Below, in pieces: positions 11,522-23,100 of a stretch of DNA of 39,944 bases. The stretch lies in assembly GCA_000934665.2 (NCBI GenBank), contig JYFJ02003613.1, positions 1 through 39,944 of the forward strand, in the 5' to 3' direction. The stretch is from Catajapyx aquilonaris. Taxonomy: Eukaryota. The notes under the pieces were generated by a model. The model worked only from the letters and a program-made list of their open reading frames with translations. It did no database searches and was not told where the DNA came from. The translations under genes and the position numbers were made by a program. Each line of letters starts with the position of its first letter. The stretch's first letter is position 1.

Positions 11522-14500
11522 TCAGACGAATATGAACTCCGGATGCGAGTCGGCTGCGCATGGGCATTCCTCCCCGTGTCGCTGCGCATCTTCCCCTTCG
11601 CTGTTGTGCGCAGGCACGCGCGTCCACTTGCCGTGGCACGTCGGTTGGCGCAGGCTCACCCAGCGCGATCGCGTCTCGAAGTCGCCCTCGCCCTCGCAAC
11701 GGAAAGACAGGTGTCGCCTCTGGGCCTCGGTCTCGCAGCGGATGCACACCGTGGCACCTGGAACGTATGGGGAATATGGGATGAAATCTTATGGGGAGTA
11801 TGGGATGAAATCTTATGGGGAATATGGGACGAAATCAGTGAATATGGGAGATGAACATGGGGAATATGGGACGTAATCATATGGAGAGTATGTATATGGT
11901 AATCATTGTGAATATGGGAGGAAATCATATGTGGAATATGAGAGGAAATCATTATAGGGAAATGTGGTTTGAAATATGAAAAAGTCTGGTGAACTATGGG
12001 CAAAAATATGGGAAAATATGGGATGTAGTGATGTAAGGAATGTTGAAGATAAAGATGCGAAGAATATGTGAAGAAATCATGTGAAATTTTGTATGAAATC
12101 TTACGAGAAATTTGGGAGGTAAACATATGGGGTATATACGGGCAATGATATAGTAAACTTATGGCCAATATAAGGAGAATGTGCGGTGCACATAAGACTA
12201 TAAATATGGGAGGAGCATACAGCATATACGGTATATGGGCACATACCTTGCCGTAGATTCTCATACTGAGGGAGTTCTGCACAAGCTTTGGTCGCCTTCA
12301 GAACCTCAAACTGGACGCAGTAACTGTAACCATAGAACCCTGCTGTTACTGACCGGACTGATGTATAGTTGCAGCCACACTTACTCTTTGCTCCTCTCCT
12401 TCTCTGGGTCCTTGGGGTACCTGAGCCTCAAGTTGTTCCTGATATCATTGGTCGCGTTGATTCGTCTCAGCGGACTGAAGCTGGCAGGCAACAGAAGAGC
12501 CGCCTCTGGAAAGTATCAACTGAATGTAAAAGTGGGCGGAGCATAGGTGGACACTGGGCGGAGCATAATCTCAAGGGTGTATTCGAGTGCCCATTACAGA
12601 TGCGTTCGTATCAGCACCTCTTGTGACGCGTCATCTGCTGCTTTACTATATATACTGCAGTTGGTTTGTTTGTGCTTTTCCGAAGACGAAGGGGTTGCCA
12701 GCTGACGCAAAACGGGTTCAAGAACATGGCCAGAGAAGACTCTTTGTATTTTTAGCCCCAGACCGAGCGTGTGCACATGTGGCCATCAATCCGAGGCCAA
12801 CGAGCCAAGAGGGGTGTAAACAAGGCGGTGCACCCGGTTCAAGGGTGCCAGATAAAGGAATGCGACAACACTTGCTCGATCCCTTAAGACTAATCAGGAA
12901 GCGTGTCACCAAGATAAAAAGGATCAATGTCTCAAAAAGAAAGATGCAAGTTGGCAACACTGCATTCAACGGAGATCGAAAATTGGCAACACTGCAGTCA
13001 GATCAACCAATCACAGCCAGGGTTGTGCATGAGTCAAAATCTGGCAACATTGCTGCCAGCCAATCAGAACAGGCAGTTTTGACGCGAAAATGGACCAATC
13101 AGCAGCCGGCTATTTTCTTTGCAAATTGGCAACATTGCATTAGTGGCAACGCAATAATCAAAATGATTAAATAACCGGCATGTAATTACAATGATTAAAA
13201 TAATTGCAAATTATATTAAAAAGCTCTTTTAACCAATCACACCCAGGGGGCGTGGTCCATTTTCATATGAACCAATAAGAGCCGCCTGAAGCAGTGTTGC
13301 CAACTTGCCCAGTGTTGCCAGCTTCGTTCAGTGCTGCCAACATGATCAGTGTTGCCACGTCCTTACCCCTTGCGGCGATCCGGTTGGGTCGAGGGCACAG
13401 TTGACCCTGGCAGGCCCGCTCCTGCACCAGTGGAGGGCAAGGTTGACCTCCGTTGGCCGAGGGTCGAAGGGCGGTCCGTAGCCTCTGTTGGACACCGGGG
13501 CCGCAGTCGGAGCTGCATCGAGACCAAGGACCCCAGTCCGACACTTGGCAGTCAGTCACTGGAGTAAATTAATTTGCGAGGTCAAACTTTGGGAGGGGTC
13601 AACGGTCAAGATAAGGATGATTAAAGAGAAGGTCAGATACGACACCGGAAGACGCAGGGCAAGATGGTTCGCCCCAGCAATAACACGTTTTAAGCAACAC
13701 TATTTTGCTAATCGCCAATTAAAATTGACGGCCAGAATGCACTAACCAAACAGTTAACTAACGGCCAGTTAAAATCAACCAATTGGGCCCGCCCCCGGAA
13801 AGCCAGCAAGTCAAGTGACCAGATTAACTCCTAACGGTCGGTTAAAATGAACCCATCAGAATAGGCCCCGCCCCCTGCCCAAGCCAGCCAATTCGAGCAC
13901 GTCATGTGATAGCTTTGGCCAATCGCGGCCAGCTCCGACCAATTAGAGCTCGTCACGTGACCAGATTAACTGCTAACGGCCAGTTAAAATCAGCAACCGA
14001 TCATAATTGGCTGCTGGCCGCGCCCCCTGCCCGAACCAACTAATCCGAGCAATAAGTCACGTGATTAGCTCCAGATTACATCTTAACGGCCAGTTAAATC
14101 AAATTATCATAATTGGCTCCGTACCCGCATGAACCAGCCAATCAGAGCAAGTCACATGATCAGATCCAACCAATCCGAGCAAGTAATGTGACTATAGATG
14201 AACTCAAAATGAACCAATCATAACTGTCCCCGCCCCCGCCCGCCCGAACCAGTCAATTCGAGCTCGTCACGTGACAAGATCCGATCAATCAGAGCAAGTC
14301 ACGTGATCATATTAACTTCTAACGGTCGGTTAAAATGAACCACTCGTAATTGGCCCCGCCCCCTGCCTCAGCCAGCCAATCCGAGCTCGTCACGTGACAA
14401 GCGCTGACCAATCACAGCAAGTCACGTGATCACATGTACTTCTAACGGTCGGTTAAAATGAACCAATCGTAATTGGCCCCGCCCCCTGCCTCAGTCAGCC

Positions 14501-15114
14501 AATCCGAGCTCGTCACGTGACAATCGCTGACCAATCACAGCAAGTCACGTGATCGTATTAACTTCTAACGGTCGGTTAAAATGAACCAATCGTAATAGGC
14601 CCCGCCCCCTGCCTCATCCAGCCAATACGAGCGTGTCACGTGACTGGCTCCACCCAATCCGAACTCGTCACGTGACTGGATCCGACCAATCAGAGCAAGC
14701 CACGTGATCAGCTCATAATTGGCCCCGCCCCCACCCGAATCATCCAATCAGAGTAGGTCACGTGATAGCTCCGACCAATCAGAGCAATTCACGTGATCAG
14801 CTCATAATTGGCCCCGCCCCCACCCGAATCATCCAATCAGAGTAGGTCACGTGATAGCTCCGACCAATGAGAGCTCCCTCCAACTGACCTCCGCAGGCCT
14901 CCTGGAAGTCCGCGCAGCAGTCCCCGACCTGCATGCAGTCATGGTCACAGTAGCAGGGAGGGACGAAGGCACCTCGAGGGTCAGAGGTCAACACGACGCA
15001 GGTGGGGTCACGGCCCTGGCAGCACAACCCGGCCGAGCGACACCCGGACGCCGACGCCGAGGACGCCGCGGCCAACAGGAGGAGGAGGAGACAGCTGCAG
15101 AGAGCAAGAGACAT
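11522..15114 (-). CDS. SBSPON: Somatomedin-B and thrombospondin type-1 domain-containing secreted protein (RPE-spondin-like), 283 aa
   Basis: Exons 15114-14889, 13558-13367, 12505-12385, 12323-12247, 11757-11522 splice in frame (852 nt). Signal peptide, SMB domain (CCQGRD..CYCDHDCMQVGDCCADFQEAC), spondin-type TSP1 (DCQVSDWGPWSRCS..R.R..NGGQPCP), YCVQF..VCIRCE..C-terminal FIFV. Confidence 0.92.
11765..12240. repeat. Intronic degenerate ~24-bp repeat (atggggaatatgggatgaaatctt)
   Basis: Three clean copies next to the last SBSPON exon, decaying across the intron. Confidence 0.8.
13750..14880. repeat. Intronic minisatellite, ~123 bp unit, built from CCAAT, TCACGTGA, GGCCCCGCCCC and TAACGG motifs
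   Basis: ttctaacggtcggttaaaatgaacc recurs at ~14317, 14440, 14563. An 89-bp tandem duplication lies at ~14700-14870. Confidence 0.92.
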
Positions 15115-15394
15115 GGTGTCGAACTGAATGGCTTCTGCTCCGGATGCCTTGCTTTTATTATGAGGAGGCTAGGGAAGAACCTTTTCTTTGTGGTGGGGCC
15201 CCGGCCTTGCCACCAGGGAACTTGGGTGGGGGAAAAGGAAGGAGGGCTCTGCAGCTCCTACCCCCACTGACTAAGCATAAATCAAGACCTCCCTCCCTCC
15301 CTCAAAGGCCCTTGACCCATCATCATCGCTCCCTTGACTAATTTTAACCCTCACTCTCACACTGCATCGGGGAGGCCCTGAAACACGTGCCTTA

Positions 15395-15725
15395 CGCAGC
15401 TGTGCCCAACATCAAACATGCGGGTTGTTGCTATGCGCAAATTAGCAAAGCCACAATAACGTTCGTTTGGTCTACTGCGCACTATTCGGACAGCGCTGTT
15501 GTTGGATACACAACCCGCAATAAAGAGCTCAGCGCTCACGTGTGCCCTCGCGTGTCTATAGGGAATGTGAAATGGCAAACTGGCAAAGCCACAATAACGT
15601 TCGTTGGCCTGCGGCGCACAATATTCTGACAGTAATAATTGTTGGCGGATACAAAAACCCACAATCTGCGCTCGCAATTACAGGGCAAATTGCGACGTAC
15701 CGTGCCTGGCAGGGCCACAAGACGG
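15395..15725. repeat. Dispersed repeat related to the subterminal parts of the 224-1200 TIR element
   Basis: ccacaataacgttc..ggcgc..acagtaat..acccacaat matches 282-355. tgcctggcagggccacaa matches ~1159-1177. ttgttgctatgcgcaa is identical to 7971-7986. Confidence 0.6.
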
Positions 15726-15864
15726 ACCAACTGGTGCGGTCACCCAAAAGCCATACAGATACAACAACAAATTGCTTAAACGCCGCCCTGGAGCGCAGAA
15801 ATTAATTTCCGCATTTCCTTTTCCAGGATCAGACGTTTAATTGTGCCATTATTGCACCCTAAAG

Positions 15865-16480
15865 ATGTGGGTTGCCACACGTGCCTAAGGAAAATGTGGG
15901 TTGCCATACATGTCCAAGGAAGTGGGTTGCCGCATGTGTCTAAGGGAGTCGTGGGTTGCCATACGTGTCTAAGGAAGACATGGGTTGCCATACATGTCTG
16001 GAAATGTGGGTTCCCTCACATGACTAAGGAAGTTGTGGGTTGCCACACGTGTCTAAAGATGTGTTGGGATATGTCTACAGAAGATGTGAGTTTCCGCACT
16101 GGACATATCTAAGGAAGATGTGGGTTGCCATACGTGTCTAGGGAAGATGTGAGTTGCTGTATCTAGGGAATATGTGGGTTGCCATACGTGTCTAAGGAAG
16201 TGGGTTGCCACATGTGTCGAAGGGAGTCGTGGGTTGCCATACATGTCTGGAAATGTCTAAGGAAGATGCGGGTTGCCATACGTGTCTAAGGAAGTGGGTT
16301 GCCACATGTGTCGAAGGGAGTTGTGGGTTGCCATACGTGTCTGGAAATGTCTAAGGAAGATGTGGGTTGCCATACGTGTCTAAGGAAGATGTGGGTTGCC
16401 ATACGTGTCTAAGGAAGATGTGTTTCTGTGTCTAGGGAATATGTGGGTTGCCATGTATCTAAGGAAGTACGTTGCCAGAC
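15865..16480. repeat. Minisatellite, ~29 bp unit (gtgggttgccatacgtgtctaaggaagat)
   Basis: About 20 variably spaced copies between the SBSPON 5' region and the zinc-finger gene 3' end. Confidence 0.93.
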
Positions 16481-16573
16481 AAAAATTCTCTTAAAATAAA
16501 TCACAATATAATCAAAGAGGAATTAATGACACCACACTTCTCATGAACATGATTGGAACACAGCTTCTAAAAG

Positions 16574-16579
16574 TTTATT
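16574..16579 (-). promoter_or_regulatory. Candidate polyadenylation signal (AATAAA) of the zinc-finger gene
   Basis: TTTATT on plus strand ~580 nt downstream of the stop codon, just before a tandem array. Confidence 0.5.
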
Positions 16580-17152
16580 TATTTCATAATACTTCAGGAA
16601 TGGTAACAAAAAAAATTGGGATGAAACATAGCCACATATGTTTACACGCCGGGTACGTACTTCACGCCCCCAGTCACGAACTTCCCCGTCCCAGTCACGA
16701 GTGGCAATGCGTCCAAATCAGGTGCATTCACGCTATTACAACAAGGTTACAGTCCGAACAAGACCAGACTCCAACCGAGCGCGAACACACCTGACGCCTA
16801 AACACTATATTGCTCCTTTGATTATATGAATACAAAAATTAGTCTTTTAACAATTATCATTATAGTACATAGAGTGACAAGAGACTGGACTGTGCGACAT
16901 CCAGGGTCAAGACTTGGGAAGAAAATACTCGCAATAAGCGGCCCAATGACCGAATTAGAAACGATCATCGGAAATGTCCTGCTTACCAAGAAAATGAAAA
17001 ACCATTGTTGTGCCCCCCCGTCCTCACCCCAACAATCACAGCCTCAGTGCCTCAGTCACAACAAATCCATTTTTCGCCGACACCAGTCCTTCAATAAATC
17101 ACAGTCCAATAAATGCAAAGAAAAAAAAAAAATTGGTGCCAGGAAGGCAACA

Positions 17153-20100
17153 CTATAAATAAATCTGGCTCCTCCTCAGCAACGCTCTTGTTCGCTCACT
17201 CGCATGAATGCGAATGTCGTTAACCAGAACTCGTGGGTCCAATCCGTTCGGCATCATCGAAACCATTGCTGCCACGCTCACTTGCACATCGACGCCACCG
17301 ACGGACACCACAGTCTTGATCCTCTGGAGGTCGTCAACTGGCGGACTACACCCGTAGTGACTCACATACTCAGTCTTTCTGTACGCCATGATTCGAGGCA
17401 ACCGAGTCGTGGACTTCCTGGCGACAAATCTAGCCGTTGCCCGGCTGGTCGTGGACTTCCGGGCAACCTGACGATGCACGACGGGCCAGCGTGGCTCTTC
17501 CTGTACCGGCTCCTGCGTGGGCTCCGCTACGACTTTCACCTGGTATTCGACCCCGACATGCGAGATCTTAAAGTGCCGGTGTTGTACCGCCACACTTCGA
17601 GACCTGTATCCGCACACAGCGCACTCGACAAGCGCACGGATGACCTTAGCCCGCTTCAGCACAGCACCACCCGGCGACATCGACTTGCGCTTACGAGGCG
17701 CAACATCCGTTGAGCTCGACACCTGTGGACGAACCTGATTTAAAAAGGAGTTCCTCCAAAGTGTACGGTACAGTACCTTGTTGTCCGCAACTGGAGGGTT
17801 CTTCGCCTTTCCGCCTTTCTGCTTGTTCCGCAACGGCCGGATGTCGGGGCTGCTCGGCATCGGCTTGCTGACCACGCTGATGTCGCGATCCGGATGTGTC
17901 CGCAGCGAGTGCTTTCGGACCTCATAGTCTCGGACAGCCTCATAGTCGCAGTGTCCGCATCGAAACGGCTTCTGAAGCCAGTGGCGCATCTCATGCCGAC
18001 GAAGCTCCCCGGCGTTACGGTTACTGTACTCGCAATGTGAGCATCTGCAAAAAGTGGGGTTAGTCACCGAGCTTTTAACGTACACGGAGGTCATACCTGT
18101 GCATGGCGGGGTCATGTTTCTCCTCCACTTCCCCGATATCTGCAGCTTCGTTCTCCTCCGTAACCTCCACTCGGCTCCTCCCCGGCTTCAGCCCCTGAGT
18201 GTGTCTAGTCGGCTCGAAGTTCAACCTCGCCGCTTCCTGCATAGTCATCATGAACGGCTTCCAGTACATCGGCTCTAGCGCCGGTGCGTTATCGTTAATC
18301 AAAACCAATTGCGGCTGGTCCGAATGCTGCTTCCGCTGATGGGACTGCAGCATATTTTGGTTGTTGCATGACTGATGGCAGTATCCGCACCTCCATTTGC
18401 CCTGTTGGAGATGGGCCACCCGGACGTGGACTTTCAATCCGGGAAGGGCACGGACGCAGACTCCGCACTCGCGGCATATCAGGCGGTCGCTCGGATCTGG
18501 AAAAGCAGCGGTTTTAATTACATGTCAAAATTAACGTACTTGAAGTTACTAACCTTTGTACAATTTGCCTTTGGTCTCGGATGACTCTTCTTCCGCTTCC
18601 GCTTCATCTTCCTCCATCACTTCCTGCTTAACGACCACCTTTTCCGGTTCGTCTTCTTCCGGTTTGCCAATTCGCCACTCTTCAATCTCCTGCGCTTGAG
18701 TCGACAGAACTAGTGCTACCCAATCCTCAATCCCTCTGTCCGGCCGTAGCGGCGCCAAAGCCTCTCGTTTTCCCTCTTTCTTCGTATGCATCTGCCGAGA
18801 AAACGTTGGCGTCACGCTTCATCCGAGTACGACTTTGTTTACACTCATTGCGACTTACCTTGAACGAGTGCTTCTGCAGATGATTCTGACATGACGACAT
18901 GAGTCCGCAGTGAGTGCATACCCACTTCTTGTAGTTCAACTCTCGGTACAGATGATCCCGCATGTCTCGCTGGGTCTTGGTGATGTAGTGGTTGCATTTC
19001 GGACACACGTACGAAAGCTGGAAAGCGTGGCCCAATGGACCGAAAGACTTTTCCTGAAGGTCCGAGTCCATCTTTTCCTCTTCCTCGTCGTCCTCTCTCG
19101 GCTGCTGTTTGATGACGGGTTTGAAGTTCCGCATGAGCTCCTCCTGCTCCATTTCCTCAAGCTCAGCCTCGTCCGGCCAAGGTTCGTCGTCTGAATCGCC
19201 CAACGTTCCACCGTCCACGACCGGCTGCGATTCATCCAGAAGAATCCCGCGGATGTGAATTATCCTGTTGGGATCCCGTCTCCACAGCGGCCTTGTCGCA
19301 GGGTTTTCCCCGATGATCCCTTCCTCCACTTTCACCACCGTGGATACTCCTGGTACGGCAGCCGCGGACTCGTCCATCTCCTGATACCCGTACATCAGCA
19401 CAATGTGTCTCGGCAGATTCGCATGATTATCCTGGTGGTGCTTCGTTAGTGCGGAGTCCGACTTCGGGCTTCCCCTGGCAGGGCACAAGGCGCACTTGAA
19501 CTGCGCTCTCATTCCGTGGACCATTCCAGCGTGGGCCTCGGCTGCAGTGCGGGTCAAGGAGCCGAACTTGCAGAGGCAGCAACGCCAAGGTTTGAATCCC
19601 AAGTCCACATCCGCACCTTCGAAAAACAAAACGTTTAATACCGAAGCTTGTAATCCTAGGTTAAATACAACTGCGGCCAAGACACACATAAGCCGCAATT
19701 AAACTTTCACGCTCTACACACATGAACATTCAATGGTAGACATGGAATGCCCCAAACTCATCGGCTTAACCTTGGCAACAGCATTCAAGTTGAGTTCGGT
19801 TATACCTGAACATACAGCCTCCAGTACAACGCAAGTACGACTTGTTACCGAGCCGCTAAAATGTATATTAAATGCGGCCATGAATTTAAAGAGTTAACGA
19901 CGATTACGTAGCTGTCCGATGACTCCTTAAATCAGGCTGTGTTTACTTGTGATCGATTCGTTCAGCAATTGTTTGGGAGCGAAATGCGATTGCTACTTTT
20001 GGTTCACTAATACCCGAACGTACAGCCGTTCGTACGACGCAATTGGGACTCGGTACTGATCTAACACGATTGCCGCAAAAATGTCGATTGAATGCGGCCA

Positions 20101-23100
20101 CATGCGGTTTGGGAGCAAAATGCGATTGGTCTCATCGAATCGCTCGCAAGTAAACGCAGCCTTCATACCGCCATAACTCTGTAATGCAAAATGAGGATCA
20201 AATCGAAAGACGTCTATCCGAAGGAAGGAAAGTGCGGCACAATGTTACAATAATAGATCAGGTGTTTTTTCCCCTGCAGAAGCGGTGCGGACTAACCTCC
20301 AGTTAATCCAGCTCCGTCGCTGCCCCCGTCGGCCCCACCCATTCCCCCCTGGGGCACCCCTTCCTCGTGCACCTCCCGCAGGACCCTCTCCAGCGGCTTG
20401 TCCCCGGGATGCTTGTCTATCAGATGCCTCTCAACCACCGCCTGCCTCCAGTGCAGATAAGGGCAGTGTCCGCACCCGTACAGATGCGGACCGTGCAGCT
20501 TCAAGTGGGCCCCCAGACGCTCCGGAGTGGGCAGAGGCTCCTCTTCGGGGCAGTGCGGACAGGCAAAGTGGGGGAGGTCCGAGTGGAGTGCGCGCAGGTG
20601 GTGCTTGAAGATCGTCTCGTCCAGGGTCATGTAGCTGCACCCTGGTTGGGTTCAACATGTGTGTGAGGGGTGTGATATCTACTGCTAAGTGTGACGGAAA
20701 AGCTCCACACACACAATAATGAACCTGACAAGTCAGGCTTCGACAACACTATTGGAATGAAACATCGAAAAAAAAAATACGGAGGGGGTTAGTCACTTGA
20801 TACTGTAGCGTACGACAGACTTCAGCTGGACATTTCAGGACTTCAGTCGGACATTAAGGACTTCAGCGGGACTTTAAGGACTTTAGTCGGACATTAAGGA
20901 CTTCAGCTGGATTTTCAGGACTTCAGCTGGACATTTAAGGACTTCAGCCGGACTTTCAGGACTTCAGTGGGACTTTAAGGACTTCAGCGGGACTTTAAGG
21001 ACTTTAGTCGGACATTAAGGACTTCAGCTGGATTTTCAGGACTTCAGCTGGACATTTAAGGACTTCAGCCGGACTTTCAGGACTTCAGTGGGACTTTAAG
21101 GACTNAAACTTTCAGGACTTCCGTTGGACTTTTATGGACTTCAGCTGGACTTTAAGGACTTCAGCTGGACATTAAGGACTTCAAGAACTTCAAACGGACT
21201 TCAACCTCGCGAAGGACTTCGTAAGTGACTAACCCCCTCGGAAAATACACACATGCACACATGGTACAAGGGAAGCAACAAAGACCAAGATAATCTAACT
21301 ACTTCTACAGTGCATAGGACGGGAAGCAGCCGAAGGAATGGGAAATCTAAAAACAGTCTGCAGTGTTCACCGCAGACCTGAAAAAGCAGGATTTTACCGT
21401 TATTAACGCCAAGGTAAATAAAAAAAAATCACATCGAATGCAATGTTGCCATGGGCCATGCGAATCTGTACAGCCCAAATGTTAGTCCGTTAAATAAACA
21501 TGCGGTCCATAGTAATTCCCGAGGCGTACCGTGCATTCCATATCTCCCTTATTACCGCATGTTACCTTCCGATGCAAACTCACCTGTCACGCCGCATACC
21601 AGCCGTTCTTTCAGTGACACGAATTTAGGGACGGCTCCGGGCTCAAGCTGTGCCAACTGCGGCTGGAGGTTGGAGCTGGCTGCCAGGTTCGTCATCTTGT
21701 CGAACATACGCTCACTCCGCTCTAGACAAGGAACCGGGTTGACTGGGGCTACTTCCGAGGGATGCTGCGCCGCCTCTGGATCCGCCAAGTGAATGCTCAG
21801 ATGGCGGAGAAGGTTGCTGCGGACCTTGTTTCTGTATGAGCATAGCCCGCACTTCAAGGGGCGAAGGTATACAGCTTGCGGAGGAAGCAACGATGCGTCC
21901 GACGGCAGGAAAGTGTCACGAGGTTGCTTCGGTGCGTCCGGGTCGTCCGGAGGTCCGAATATGTTAAACCCTTTACGGGACATTAATTCCTTCGGGAGAA
22001 CCACAAACTCTTCTTGTTCCGGATCGTTCGATAGCGGATCAACCTGAAATTCATCGCGTTAGATTCGTCACATTGCAAGGTCAGGGTAAAGCGTACCTGT
22101 ATGATCTTCGTAGATCCGACCCTGTGCGCTTGTCGTATATGCCTGACCGCATGTTGCTGCAACGGACAACGGTGCAAACACAGGCTGCATCTGTACCGTT
22201 TCCATCCGTGTGCCCGCAAATGATCGATTAGCCCTTGCACTTGTTTGAACGCCTTGGGACAGTGCGGACAAGGAAGCGGGTTGGGCATGGTCGGTTGCTT
22301 CTCGCACACTAAAAGGTGGTCACGTAGCAATGAGGACGAGTCGAACGAGTACCCACAGCCTGGGTTTCCGCAGCGATACAAGGTCGCACCCGTCAAACCT
22401 TGGGAAAAATTGAATAAATCGCATGTTCGTACTACAAAACTTGTTACGACAGTACCTGAAACGCAAGCATTTTCGCTTGCTCTGTACGGCTCCTCGACTG
22501 GACAGTACAGCTCATCCTCGGGTGGTTGCGCCGGTTCGTTATTGCCACTTGCGACGGGAACCTGTTCGCTGGCAGTCTGATCCGTTACGCTACTACTTTC
22601 GCTGCTTGCTTCCTGACTATCGGTCCTGTCCGGTTGACTCTCGCTTTGGTCCATGCTACTATCGACAGTCATCTGAGTCGATGAAACGTCAACCGTCGAC
22701 CGACCCTCTGAAACGTCAATCGTCGACCGACCCTCTGACACATCAATCGTCGACGGACCCTCTGAAACATCAATCGTTGACTGGCTCGCTGAAACATCAA
22801 TAGTCGTTTGACTTGCTGTGACTTCAACGCTTCCGAGATCCGCCGCACTTTCTTTGTCCGCAGCTTCGTTTTCAGCCGTTTTGTTGCTAGCTACGGGCGG
22901 ATCGCTGCTTTCCTGTGCACTGATGGCCGCTTCCTCGTCATCGTCGTCCAGTACTATCACCTCGTTATTCTGTCCGCTAGACACTAACGGACCAAGCGGA
23001 ACCGGGACAGGACGGCCCAGTCTGATCCCCCGATCTTGTCCCGACCGTACGACCTCCGCAGTAGTCGTAGCCTTCGCCCCGTCGACCTGCCCTCGAACCA

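Noticed and set aside
11656..12282. 208-aa His/Ile/Pro-rich ORF
   Set aside because: Reads through the intronic 24-bp repeat and is out of frame with the real SBSPON exons.
12587..13174. 195-aa plus-strand ORF nested in SBSPON intron 2
   Set aside because: Non-ATG start, no recognisable domain, and its 3' part is repeat-derived; cannot be supported without a search.
15346..15360. TTAA-CCCT piggyBac-like left end
   Set aside because: No matching AGGG-TTAA right terminus found nearby.
15865..16480. ~29-30 bp repeats (also 36878-37790 and 20820-21200) resembling CRISPR arrays in unit size
   Set aside because: Units are contiguous with no unique spacers, no cas genes are present, and the context is eukaryotic.
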